From: Dehalococcoidia bacterium
Lineage (GTDB): Bacteria > Chloroflexota > Dehalococcoidia > SM23-28-2 > RBG-16-64-32
Reading direction: 5' to 3'
Length of the DNA: 42,972 bases
Assembly (NCBI GenBank): GCA_034411955.1
Contig: DAOUMF010000067.1
Location: 1 to 42,972 of the forward strand
The notes under the pieces were generated by a model. The model worked only from the letters and a program-made list of their open reading frames with translations, was not told the origin of the DNA and did no database searches. A program made the position numbers and the translations under genes. Shown one piece after another: positions 16,486 to 25,719 of this stretch (position 1 is the first letter of the stretch; the number at the start of each line of letters is the position of its first letter).

Positions 16486-17709
16486 TTACCTGTAACCGAG
16501 GCGACGAAGGCAGTCGACAGTGTCGCGGGCTATTATCACTGCCTCGTCAACTGGAATGACGTAGGCCTGCGGTCGAGAGCCGTCCGAGCTGATCCTCGCC
16601 TCGGACCCCACGGCGGCCGCGTTGCGGTCCGGATCCACGGTCAAGCCGCACCAGTTCATGCCGGCGCAGATACGGGCCCGCACTGGCGGCGCGTTCTCGC
16701 CGATCCCCCCGCCGAAGATGACGGCGTCAGCACCTTCGAGCACGGCCAGGTATGCGCCGATGTACTTGCGGACGCGGTAGCAGAACATCTCCACCGCCAG
16801 GGAGGCGCGGACATCGCCCTGGCGTTCCGCCTCCAGGAGCTCGCGCATGTCGCCGGAGTGTCCGGACACACCCAACAGCCCGGATCGCGTGTTGAGCCAG
16901 CCCTCGACCTCTTCCGTTGAAGCGCCTTCTCTGCGGGCAAGGAAGCCCGCCAGCGAAGGGTCCACGTCCCCGGACCTTGTCCCCATCATCAGCCCCTCCA
17001 GCGGCGTGAACCCCATCGAGGTGTCCACCGACCGACCGCCCTCAACCGCTGCGGCGGAGCAGCCGGCCCCCAACTGCAACGTGATCAGCTTCGTCTCCTT
17101 GACCGGCGTGGCAGTGATGGCCGAGAAGTGCTCCACCATATAGCGGTGGGCCAGGCCGTGAAAGCCGTACCGCCGGACGCTATGCCGCTCGGCCAGGTCC
17201 GTCGGGATGGCGTATCTGGAGGCCCGCTCAGGCAGGCTGCGGTGGAACGCAGTGTCGAACGTCGCCACCATGGGCACCGAGGCGCCCAGCGCCGCCCGGC
17301 AAGCCTTGATCGCGGTCAACGCCGCGGCGTTGTGCAGGGGCGCCAGGTCGCTGAGCGCCTCGATCGCCGCTATCACCTCGTCGTCGACCGCAGTCGGCTC
17401 GACGAAGCGTTCACCGCCGTGGACGCCCCGGTGACCGACAGCCTCGATCCCCTTGGGCCCGAGGAGCCCGATGCCATCCAGCCATTCGACAACGCGGCGG
17501 GTGGCCTCCCCGTGATCGGCCACCGCGACGTGCGCTCTCAGCGGTTCGCTGTCCTCCGCCCTGAACGTGACGGCCGCCCGGCCGCCGACGCCGTCAACAA
17601 TGCCGCCAGCCAGCCGTCGCTCGTGGCCGTCGGCTCTGGCCGTGTTCTCAACTTCGACTACCTGGAACTTCAGCGTCGAGCTGCCGCAGTTGATGACGAG
17701 GATCTTCAT
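16486..17709 (-). CDS. ackA: acetate kinase
   Basis: Classic N-terminus MKILVINCGSSTLKFQV, plus RYGFHGLAHRY and the TSMGFTPLEGLMMGTRSGDVDP motifs. The ORF is open up to 17754, but family N-termini begin at the MKILV methionine (17709). Confidence 0.9.
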   Translation of the reverse strand: MKILVINCGSSTLKFQVVEVENTARADGHERRLAGGIVDGVGGRAAVTFRAEDSEPLRAHVAVADHGEATRRVVEWLDGIGLLGPKGIEAVGHRGVHGGERFVEPTAVDDEVIAAIEALSDLAPLHNAAALTAIKACRAALGASVPMVATFDTAFHRSLPERASRYAIPTDLAERHSVRRYGFHGLAHRYMVEHFSAITATPVKETKLITLQLGAGCSAAAVEGGRSVDTSMGFTPLEGLMMGTRSGDVDPSLAGFLARREGASTEEVEGWLNTRSGLLGVSGHSGDMRELLEAERQGDVRASLAVEMFCYRVRKYIGAYLAVLEGADAVIFGGGIGENAPPVRARICAGMNWCGLTVDPDRNAAAVGSEARISSDGSRPQAYVIPVDEAVIIARDTVDCLRRLGYR

Positions 17710-17887
17710 CGAGGCCACGCGAGGTCGCTCTCGTAGGTCATGCATATGATACATTCTCCACGTCCGGCGCGCCGGAACCAGTGCGAGCGACGAACCCGCA
17801 CCGGCGCATTACCGTCTGTTATAGTCAGCGGCAGAGCTCTCGTCGCCGTGATGACTGATGAACATCGAAGGGAGAGCCGACTAAGGC

Positions 17888-19552
17888 GTGACCAGGAGCG
17901 AGGGCAAATACGTCGTCGGCGTTGATGCGGGCACCGGCAGTGTGAGGGCCGGCGTTTTCGACCTTCAGGGAACGCCGGTCGGCCTTGCCGATTCCCCCAT
18001 ACGGGTCTGCCGGCCGCGGCAGAACCATGTTGAGCAATCCTCGCGGGAGATCTGGGACGCCGTTGGGCTCTCGGTTCGGGAAGCGCTTGCCAGGGCCCGC
18101 ATCGCCGCCGCCAGCGTTCTTGGCATCGCCTTCGACGCCACCTGCTCCCTGGTCGTCCTGGGCGAGCGCGACGAGCCGGTCACCGTCTCCCTGGAAGAAG
18201 AGCCCGAGCGCAACGTCATCGTGTGGATGGATCACAGGGCAACGGACCAGGCTGATCGGATCAACGCGACCGGCCATCCGGTCCTGCGCTATGTTGGAGG
18301 GAAACTCTCGCCCGAGCAGCAGCCCCCCAAGCTGAAGTGGCTCAAGGAGCATCTGCCTTCCACGTGGCAGCGGGCGCGCAGGTTCATGGACCTCGCCGAC
18401 TACCTGTCCTACGAGTCCTGCAAGGTCGACGTCCGCAGCCTCTGCACTGTCGTCTGCAAATGGACATACCTTGGTCACGAGGGCGACGGCGGCTCATGGG
18501 ACATCTCCTTCTTCCGGCAGATAGACCTGGACGATCTCTTCGAGGGAGGCCGCGTCGGCGCCCGTGTGGCGCCGGTTGGCTCGCGGGCGGGCGTCCTGAC
18601 GGCCGAAGCGGCGGCCCATCTCGGCCTGCGACAGGGCACCAGCGTGGGCGTCGGCATCATCGATGCTCACGCCGGGGGCATCGGTTCGTTGGCCATGTAC
18701 GCCGACGAGGAAGAGCACGAGGCACCCATCGCCCAACGGTTGAACGAGACCCTGGCGCTCATCGGCGGCACATCCTCCTGCCACATGGCCGTCTCCGAGG
18801 AGCCCCGCTTCATCCCAGGCATCTGGGGACCCTATTTCGGAGCCATGATCCCCGGCATGTGGCTCAACGAGGGCGGCCAGAGCGCCACCGGCGCCCTCAT
18901 CGACCACGTCATCGCCGATCACGGCGCCTATCCTGAGCTCGCGGGGACGGCCGAGAGCTCCGGCCGGAGCGTTTACGAGATCCTCAACGATGAGGTTGGG
19001 AAACTTCGAAGCGACTTCGCGGGGCAGGAGCCGACCGCTGACCTGCACGTCCTCCCCTATTTCCACGGCAACCGCTCCCCCCGCGCCGACAGCAGGGCAC
19101 GCGGCATGGTGAGCGGCCTCCGCCTCGACAGCTCCCTGCCTGCTCTTGCCCTGCTCTACTACGCCACCATCCAGGCCATCGCCTATGGCACCCGCCACAT
19201 CATCGAGGAGATGGATCGCCACGGCTACGCGATCCGGAGAATCCACGCCTGCGGTGGTGGAACCAAGAATCCCCTCTGGCTGCAGGAGCATGCCGATGTC
19301 ACCGGCTGTGACCTCTACGTAGCGGGTGACACCGAAGCGGTGCTCCTCGGCTCCGCCATCCTGGCCGCGGTGGCGGCGGGCGCTTACCCCTCCGTCGTTG
19401 ACGCAATGGCGGCCATGAGTCCGCGAGCGGAGATCATCCGTCCGAACGCCGCCCGGCAGGCCTTCCACGAGGCCAAGTACCACGTGTTCAAGCGCATGTA
19501 CGAGCACCAGCAGGAGTATCGGCAGGTCATGGGAAGGAATCTACCGTCATGA
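17888..19552 (+). CDS. FGGY-family pentulose (D-ribulo-)kinase-type carbohydrate kinase
   Basis: 554 aa. Motifs: KYVVGVDAGTGSVRAGVFDLQG, VIVWMDHRA, PPKLKWLKEH and HACGGGTKNPLWLQEHADVTG. Size and motifs fit the ~545-aa FGGY pentulose kinase subfamily (TIGR01315 type). GTG start. Confidence 0.82.
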   Translation: MTRSEGKYVVGVDAGTGSVRAGVFDLQGTPVGLADSPIRVCRPRQNHVEQSSREIWDAVGLSVREALARARIAAASVLGIAFDATCSLVVLGERDEPVTVSLEEEPERNVIVWMDHRATDQADRINATGHPVLRYVGGKLSPEQQPPKLKWLKEHLPSTWQRARRFMDLADYLSYESCKVDVRSLCTVVCKWTYLGHEGDGGSWDISFFRQIDLDDLFEGGRVGARVAPVGSRAGVLTAEAAAHLGLRQGTSVGVGIIDAHAGGIGSLAMYADEEEHEAPIAQRLNETLALIGGTSSCHMAVSEEPRFIPGIWGPYFGAMIPGMWLNEGGQSATGALIDHVIADHGAYPELAGTAESSGRSVYEILNDEVGKLRSDFAGQEPTADLHVLPYFHGNRSPRADSRARGMVSGLRLDSSLPALALLYYATIQAIAYGTRHIIEEMDRHGYAIRRIHACGGGTKNPLWLQEHADVTGCDLYVAGDTEAVLLGSAILAAVAAGAYPSVVDAMAAMSPRAEIIRPNAARQAFHEAKYHVFKRMYEHQQEYRQVMGRNLPS

Positions 19553-21138
19553 GCGTGGACGATGCCATTCGGGTCGGCGTGTTCTCGCCGAACGACAACC
19601 GCGCCTGGGTTCGGTCTGAGAATCTGGATCTCATGCTGCGCCACGAAGGGCTACTCATCGACACCCTCCGGCGAGAGGGGATCGAGGTCATTCGCGGCGG
19701 CGACGGCTTCCCTCGAGAGGATCAGATCGCCTGGAATCGCGGCCTCGTGGTCCAGCAAGCGAAGAAGATCGCCGAGGCGAAGCCCCACGCCCTCATCCTT
19801 AACCAGGGTTCTTGGACCTTCCCCCGCGACTCGGTGGACGCCGTGGACGTGTACGAAGGCACCCTTCGCACCCTCCTCTCCGCCGCAGGCGAGACGGTCA
19901 CGCGTATCCTTCTCTTCGGCTACAAGGACCCCCAGGTTCCCGGCATGGTCGCGGTCATGGCCGTGGCCGGGGCGCTCAAGACGATGGGCCGCCCCTATCA
20001 GATCTCTTATGGCCTCATCGACAAGGACCCCACGACCCTTCAGGACGTGCTGAGCAAGCTCCGCTTCTTCAAGCGTCGCGCCGACGCCGTGCAGCCGGTC
20101 GCCCGCGTCATCGCCAGCCTGCCGGAACAGAAGTACCTTCAGTTCGGCGGCGAGTCTCTCCGCATGCCCACGGCCACCGCCGACCCCAACCTTTGGCAGA
20201 AGACCTTCAAGGTCAGCTACGACCATCTCGACCAGTCGGAGATCGTCAAACGTGCCCTCGTCTTCGTGCGCTGGAGCGGCGCCCCAGGCGATAGCGACTA
20301 CGAGATCGTCGACGCCAGGGTGGAGAAGGCCATCGCCTACAAGGAGAGGACGGGCAACTTCGACTTCAGCAGGCCAAAGCTCGTCGACCTATCTAAGTTC
20401 GTCATGCAGACGGCCATGTTCTACGCCGCCCGCGACATTCTGGAGGAAACGGGGGCAACCTTCTGTGGCGTCAAGTGTCAGGATGAGCTCAGCGCAACTA
20501 TCTGCACCGCCTGCATGGTCACTTCCTACCTGGGCAACGACGTGGCGCCCGACGGGGTCAGGCAGGAACGGATCTACCCCACATCCTGTGAGAACGACAT
20601 GGATACCGCCCTCACCCAGCTCTTGCTGCACCTGCTGACGGGTCGCCCTGCCGGCTTCGGGGACTTTCGGGACGTGGAAGACAGCGTCCTCGCCATCGTC
20701 AACTGTGGCCAGCACCCGACCCACTTCTTCGGCGCCCCTGACGAGGACCCCGTGCAGAAGGAGCTGCGAGCCGAATTCATGGGCCAGGAGGTGTTCTACG
20801 ACGCTGGCGGCAGCGCCGTCAGAGGTCGGACGCCCGGCGGCTTGACCGTGACTGTCGCCAGGCTGGGACGGGAGAACTTCAGCTACTTCCTCGCCGCCAC
20901 CGTCATGGAGACCGTCGATGTGCCTGTCGAGCAGCACGAGCGCTACAACGTCTCATGGCCCATCCTGCGAGGCAAGGTTCCCCTGGCCGACCGCGAGCTT
21001 ATCGCCATGTGGCCGTCGAACCACCTGGCCTTCGTCTTTGGAGACCAGACGCCTCACCTTGCCGAGCTGAGTGAGGGCCTCGGCATCGGTTACCGCATCG
21101 TCGACGCCAACGGGATCCGCTACCAGCGGCCGACATAG
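19549..21138 (+). CDS. L-fucose/L-arabinose isomerase-family sugar isomerase (COG2407-like)
   Basis: 529 aa. The ATGA overlap with the kinase stop indicates translational coupling. Motifs recalled from FucI-like isomerases: GVKCQDELS, SCENDMDTALTQLLLHLLTGRPAGFGDF (acid/base E..D) and NHLAFVFGD near the C-terminus. The assignment is from memory and is less secure than for the neighbouring genes. Confidence 0.62.
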   Translation: MSVDDAIRVGVFSPNDNRAWVRSENLDLMLRHEGLLIDTLRREGIEVIRGGDGFPREDQIAWNRGLVVQQAKKIAEAKPHALILNQGSWTFPRDSVDAVDVYEGTLRTLLSAAGETVTRILLFGYKDPQVPGMVAVMAVAGALKTMGRPYQISYGLIDKDPTTLQDVLSKLRFFKRRADAVQPVARVIASLPEQKYLQFGGESLRMPTATADPNLWQKTFKVSYDHLDQSEIVKRALVFVRWSGAPGDSDYEIVDARVEKAIAYKERTGNFDFSRPKLVDLSKFVMQTAMFYAARDILEETGATFCGVKCQDELSATICTACMVTSYLGNDVAPDGVRQERIYPTSCENDMDTALTQLLLHLLTGRPAGFGDFRDVEDSVLAIVNCGQHPTHFFGAPDEDPVQKELRAEFMGQEVFYDAGGSAVRGRTPGGLTVTVARLGRENFSYFLAATVMETVDVPVEQHERYNVSWPILRGKVPLADRELIAMWPSNHLAFVFGDQTPHLAELSEGLGIGYRIVDANGIRYQRPT

Positions 21139-21308
21139 CGGGAGCACATCGGCGATCGCGGGTGTGCAGCGCGTGTCGGGCGAAGCGCCACGCAGCGTAA
21201 AGGTTTGCCCGACTTTCAGAACCGCGATGGGTGGGTTAACATCAAGCCAACCTGAACGGCCGGTTATCGCCGAACGTCGGCGACGTTGACGTGGGGAGGG
21301 TAGCGAGT

Positions 21309-22766
21309 ATGCGGATCCCGGACAAGGGCCTGACCCGGGCCGAGGTCTTCCGGCGCCTGGAGTCCCATCGGCAGGGGGACATGCCCTGGCGCGAGGGTCG
21401 AACCTGGGCCTACATCTACGACCCAGGCCGCGAGGCCGAGGAGGTCATCAAAGAGGCCTTCACCAGCTACCTCACTGAGAACGCCCTCGACCCGACCGTT
21501 TTCCCCAGCGCGCTGCGCCTGGAAAACGAGGTCATCGCCATGGCAGCGTCCCATCTCGGCGGCGACGAGGAGGTGGTCGGCAACTTCACCAGCGGCGGTA
21601 CCGAGAGCATCATGCTCGCCGTGAAGGCCGCACGCGACTGGGCCCGCGAGCACCGCCCGGAGATCACCGAGCCCGAGATCCTGCTCCCCGAGACCGGTCA
21701 CGCGGCGTTTCAGAAGGGGGCCCACTACCTCGGCCTGCAGCCGGTCATCGTGCCCGTCGATCCCGTGACCTTTCGGGCCGATGTGGACGCTATGCGGGGC
21801 GCCGTCACCCCCAACACGGTCCTCATCGTCGGCTCGGCCATCTCCTACGCCCACGGCGTCGTGGACCCCATCCGCGAGATGGGCCAACTGGCGCTCGAGC
21901 GCGGCCTGCTGTTCCACGTCGACGGGTGCATGGGCGCCTTCCTGCTCAAGTACTTCCGGCGCCTCGGCGCGGCGGTGCCGGACTACGACTTCGGCGTGCC
22001 GGGGGTGACCTCCATATCCATGGACCTGCACAAGTACGCCTTCGCCGCCAAGGGAGCGTCCACCATCCTCTGCCGAAGCAAGGAGCTGCGGAAACACCAG
22101 ATGTACGCCTGCTCCAACTGGACGGGGTACACCGTGATCAACCCCACCGTCCAGAGCACCAAGTCCGCCGGGCCCATCGCCGCTGCCTGGGCCGCTCTCA
22201 ACTTCATCGGCGAGGACGGCTACTTGGAGATAGCTCGCAAGGTCTACGACGCAACTCGCAAGATCGTCGCTGCCATCGACGACATGCCCGACCTCCGGGT
22301 CCTCGGCCGTCCGGACATGAACCTCGTCGCCTTCACCTCCGACACGGTGAACGTCTTCCACATCATCGACGAGATGAAGGAGCGCGGCTGGTACGTCCAG
22401 CCACAGCTTGCCTACGGCAGCTCACCGGAGAACATCCACCTCTCCATTAACCCGGAGAGCGTGCGCTGGGCGGACGCCATGCTCGCCGACCTGCGCCAGT
22501 GCACCGAGAAGGCGAAAACCCTGCCCTCCGGCCAGCTCGCGGCCAGCGTCAAAGGGACCTTCGCTGACATGGATCCGCAGGCCCTGGATGATGGCGTGCT
22601 CCAGGGAATGCTCGGCATGGCCGGCATCGAGGGGACGAGCTTGCCGGAGCGCATGGCCGAGATCAACGAGGTGCTGAACGCCCTCCCCGTCCCCCTCCGC
22701 GAGCGGATCCTGGTCATGTACCTCAATGAGCTGTTTCGTCCACCGGAGGCCTCCGATGCCCCCTGA
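21309..22766 (+). CDS. PLP-dependent group II decarboxylase / sphingosine-1-phosphate-lyase-like enzyme
   Basis: PLP-lysine motif SISMDLHKYAFAAKGAS and GGTESIMLAVKAARDWA. The N-terminus DMPWREGRTWAYIYD resembles bacterial S1P-lyase-like proteins. The ORF opens at GTG 21291, but the ATG at 21309 follows a GGGGAGGG RBS. Confidence 0.75.
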   Translation: MRIPDKGLTRAEVFRRLESHRQGDMPWREGRTWAYIYDPGREAEEVIKEAFTSYLTENALDPTVFPSALRLENEVIAMAASHLGGDEEVVGNFTSGGTESIMLAVKAARDWAREHRPEITEPEILLPETGHAAFQKGAHYLGLQPVIVPVDPVTFRADVDAMRGAVTPNTVLIVGSAISYAHGVVDPIREMGQLALERGLLFHVDGCMGAFLLKYFRRLGAAVPDYDFGVPGVTSISMDLHKYAFAAKGASTILCRSKELRKHQMYACSNWTGYTVINPTVQSTKSAGPIAAAWAALNFIGEDGYLEIARKVYDATRKIVAAIDDMPDLRVLGRPDMNLVAFTSDTVNVFHIIDEMKERGWYVQPQLAYGSSPENIHLSINPESVRWADAMLADLRQCTEKAKTLPSGQLAASVKGTFADMDPQALDDGVLQGMLGMAGIEGTSLPERMAEINEVLNALPVPLRERILVMYLNELFRPPEASDAP

Positions 22767-24153
22767 CCCCGCCGCCTCTTCGCTCTACAACCTGGACCGG
22801 CGGTACGTCTTTCACCCCTTCACCTCCATCGCCGAGCAGCAGGCGGTGGGGCCTCGGATCATGACCGAGGGAAACGGTGTCTGGATCCGCGACGCCGAGG
22901 GCCGCGAGTACATGGATGCCATGGCGGGACTCTGGTGCGTCAACGTCGGCTACGGGCGTCGCGAGATCGCCGAGGCGATGGCCGAACAGGCCCGTCGCCT
23001 TCCCTACTACCACGCCTTCCTGGGATTCGCCAACGAGCCCGCCATCCGCCTGGCAGAGCGGCTCGCCGAGATCACGCCTCCCGGCCTCGACCGCTTCTTC
23101 TTCTGCAACTCCGGCTCCGAGGCGAACGACACCGCGGTCAAACTCGTGTGGTACTACTGGAACCTTCGAGGCTTCCCCCAGAAGAAGAAGATCGTTGCCC
23201 GGCGCGACGCCTACCACGGCGTGACCCTCGGAGCCGCCAGCCTGTCGGGGCTTCCCCTGCTGCACGCCTCATTCGACCTGCCCCTTCCCGGCTTCCTGCA
23301 CGTGCGAAAGCCGCACTTCTACCGCGAGGGCCACCCCGGCGAGAGCGAGGGGGCGTTCGCGCGGCGTCTGGCGGAAGAGCTTGATGCCCTGATCGAGGCA
23401 GAGGGGCCCGAAACGGTGGGAGCTTTCATCGGCGAACCCCTGATGGCTGCGGGCGGCGTGATCCCGCCGCCCGAGGGCTACTGGCAGGCCGTCCAGCCTG
23501 TCCTGCGGCATCACGACGTGCTGTTGATCGCCGACGAGGTTGTGTGCGGTTTCGGACGTCTCGGCACGCCCTTCGGCTCGCACCGCTACGACATCCAGCC
23601 GGACCTCATGACCGTGGCCAAGGGGATCACCAGCGGCTACTTCCCGGTGTCCGCGGCCGTGGTCTCCGAGCCCGTCTGGGAGGTGCTTGCGTCCGCCTCT
23701 GCGGAGCGAGGCCCCTTCGCCCACGGTCACACTACCAGCCTCCACCCCGTCGGTGCCGCCGCCGCCCTCGCCAACCTCGATATCATCCAGCGGGAGGGCC
23801 TCGTGGATCACGCGGCGCACCTGGGCCCGAGCTTTCAGCGGCGCCTCCGGGAGGCCGTCGCCGATCACCCCATCGTCGGCGAGATTCGTGGCGACGGCCT
23901 GATCGCCGCCGTCGAGTTGGTTGCAGACCGCGCCAGCGCTGCCCGCTTCCCGGCGGAGTTGAAAGTAGGCATGCGACTCCATGAGCTGCTCCTGGAGGAC
24001 GGCCTCATCTGCCGCGCCCTTGGTGACGCCTTGGCCTTCTCTCCCCCGCTCGTCATCGAACATGCTGAGATCGAGGAGGCGTTTCGGCGCTTCGTGCGCG
24101 GGTTGGAGCGCTTGGCCAGCGAAATGCGCGCCGAAGGGCGCTGGGAGGGTTAG
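22756..24153 (+). CDS. class III (omega) aminotransferase, amine:pyruvate / GABA-type
   Basis: Motifs: LWCVNVGYGRREIAEAM, FFCNSGSEANDTAVKL, LIADEVVCGFGRLG, and the PLP-lysine in MTVAKGITSGYFP. The ATG at 22756 is preceded by GGAGG at 6-nt spacing. The ORF is open from 22726. Confidence 0.9.
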   Translation: MPPDPAASSLYNLDRRYVFHPFTSIAEQQAVGPRIMTEGNGVWIRDAEGREYMDAMAGLWCVNVGYGRREIAEAMAEQARRLPYYHAFLGFANEPAIRLAERLAEITPPGLDRFFFCNSGSEANDTAVKLVWYYWNLRGFPQKKKIVARRDAYHGVTLGAASLSGLPLLHASFDLPLPGFLHVRKPHFYREGHPGESEGAFARRLAEELDALIEAEGPETVGAFIGEPLMAAGGVIPPPEGYWQAVQPVLRHHDVLLIADEVVCGFGRLGTPFGSHRYDIQPDLMTVAKGITSGYFPVSAAVVSEPVWEVLASASAERGPFAHGHTTSLHPVGAAAALANLDIIQREGLVDHAAHLGPSFQRRLREAVADHPIVGEIRGDGLIAAVELVADRASAARFPAELKVGMRLHELLLEDGLICRALGDALAFSPPLVIEHAEIEEAFRRFVRGLERLASEMRAEGRWEG

Positions 24154-24161
24154 CGATTATC

Positions 24162-25640
24162 ATGAGAGCGATCAAGCGAGTCCCAAGGAAGCTCGGCGCT
24201 GTCGGCGCGTTCTTCGGAGTGCTGGCAGCGGTGCTGCTACGCCGCACGGTGGCCTTGCCCTCAAGGCAGAAGGATGCGGCTCCCGGGCCCGCGTCCGACC
24301 TCGACGCGGAGGCAATGTCAGGCCGCTTGAGCGGCGCGATCCGGTTCCCCACCGTCTCGAAGGAGGACGCCCAGGATGCGGACGACCAGCCCTTCCGCGA
24401 CTTCCGGAGCTACCTGGAGCGGACCTACCCCCGGGTGCGCGCTGCCCTCACGCGCGAGCTCGTCGCTGACCGCGCCCTCCTGTACACGTGGCCGGGCAGT
24501 GATCCCGCCCTCGACCCCATCCTCCTGCTGGCGCACCAGGACGTCGTCCCCGTCGATCCGGGGACCGAGGAGACATGGGCACAGCCGCCTTTCTCGGGCA
24601 ACGTCGTCGACGGCTACGTGTGGGGCCGGGGCTCCCTTGACAACAAGGAGAACCTGATCGGCCTGCTGGAGGCGGCCGAGCATCTGCTTGAGGCGGGATT
24701 TAAGCCCCGGCGCACCATACTCCTTGCCTTCGGCCACGACGAGGAAATCGGCGGCTCGGAGGGTGCCGCCGTCGTGGCCCGGCTGCTGGCCGAGCGCGGC
24801 GCGCACCCAGCCTTCGTCTTCGATGAGGGAGGGGTGATGGTCGAAGGGATGGTCCCGGGTGTGTCGGGCCCGGTGGCGGTGGTCGGCGTGGGCGAGAAGG
24901 GCTACGTCAGCGTCGAGCTCGTCGTCGAGACTGACGGTGGCCACTCCTCGACTCCACCGAGGGAGAACTCCATCGGAATCCTTGCCGGGGCGGTTCGACG
25001 ACTGGAGAGCAGCCCCCTTCCGGCCCGGTTCGAGTCGCCGGTGCGGGCGCTCTTCGAGGCCCTCGCCCCCGAGGCCACGTTCGGCTACCGGCTCGTGTTC
25101 GCCAACCTCTGGCTGTTTGAGCCCCTCGTGACGAGGCTGCTCGGGCGCAACCCGGAGACCGCGGCGATGATCCGAACCACGACCGCGCCGACGATCTTCC
25201 ACGCTGGTGTAAAGGACAACGTCGTCCCGGGCCGCGCCCGCGCCGTCGTCAACTTCCGAATCCTCACCGGCGATACCATCCAGACCGTCCTCGACCACGT
25301 CCGCCGCACCCTGGCCGACGACCGCATCCGCGTCTCCGCCCTCCCCAACCAGCGCCAACCTTCAGCCGTCTCGCCGACTGACTCGGAGCACTTCGCGCTG
25401 CTCGCCCGCACCATACGGGAGGTGTTCCCGGGCACCGTCGTGGCCCCCTATCTCGTGCTCGGGGGAACCGACTCGCAGCACTTCCAGGATCTGACGGAGG
25501 ACATCTATCGATTCATGCCCTTCCGCCTTTCCCGGGACGATCTGAAGGGCATCCACGGCACCAACGAGCGCGTCTCGGTCGAGGCTTTGGTGAAGGCGGT
25601 GGACTTCTATGTACGGCTGATCCGAAACGCCGCGGGATGA
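24162..25640 (+). CDS. M20/M25/M40-family metallopeptidase (carboxypeptidase-S-like) with an N-terminal membrane anchor
   Basis: Hydrophobic N-terminus LGAVGAFFGVLAAVLL. Metal and catalytic motifs: LLLAHQDVVPV, GRGSLDNKENL and FGHDEEIGG. Confidence 0.85.
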   Translation: MRAIKRVPRKLGAVGAFFGVLAAVLLRRTVALPSRQKDAAPGPASDLDAEAMSGRLSGAIRFPTVSKEDAQDADDQPFRDFRSYLERTYPRVRAALTRELVADRALLYTWPGSDPALDPILLLAHQDVVPVDPGTEETWAQPPFSGNVVDGYVWGRGSLDNKENLIGLLEAAEHLLEAGFKPRRTILLAFGHDEEIGGSEGAAVVARLLAERGAHPAFVFDEGGVMVEGMVPGVSGPVAVVGVGEKGYVSVELVVETDGGHSSTPPRENSIGILAGAVRRLESSPLPARFESPVRALFEALAPEATFGYRLVFANLWLFEPLVTRLLGRNPETAAMIRTTTAPTIFHAGVKDNVVPGRARAVVNFRILTGDTIQTVLDHVRRTLADDRIRVSALPNQRQPSAVSPTDSEHFALLARTIREVFPGTVVAPYLVLGGTDSQHFQDLTEDIYRFMPFRLSRDDLKGIHGTNERVSVEALVKAVDFYVRLIRNAAG

Positions 25641-25719
25641 GGCGCGGCTCCCAGGATCAAGTGATCGAGGGCGAACGGCGACCGGAGAGGACGAGAGGGA
25701 ATCCCGGAGGAATGGTCCG

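Noticed and set aside
17710-17754. Fifteen extra N-terminal codons (MYHMHDLRERPRVAS) on acetate kinase.
   Set aside because: Acetate kinases start directly at the MK(I/V)LV(I/L)N.GSSS motif. The extension has no family counterpart, so I placed the start at 17709.
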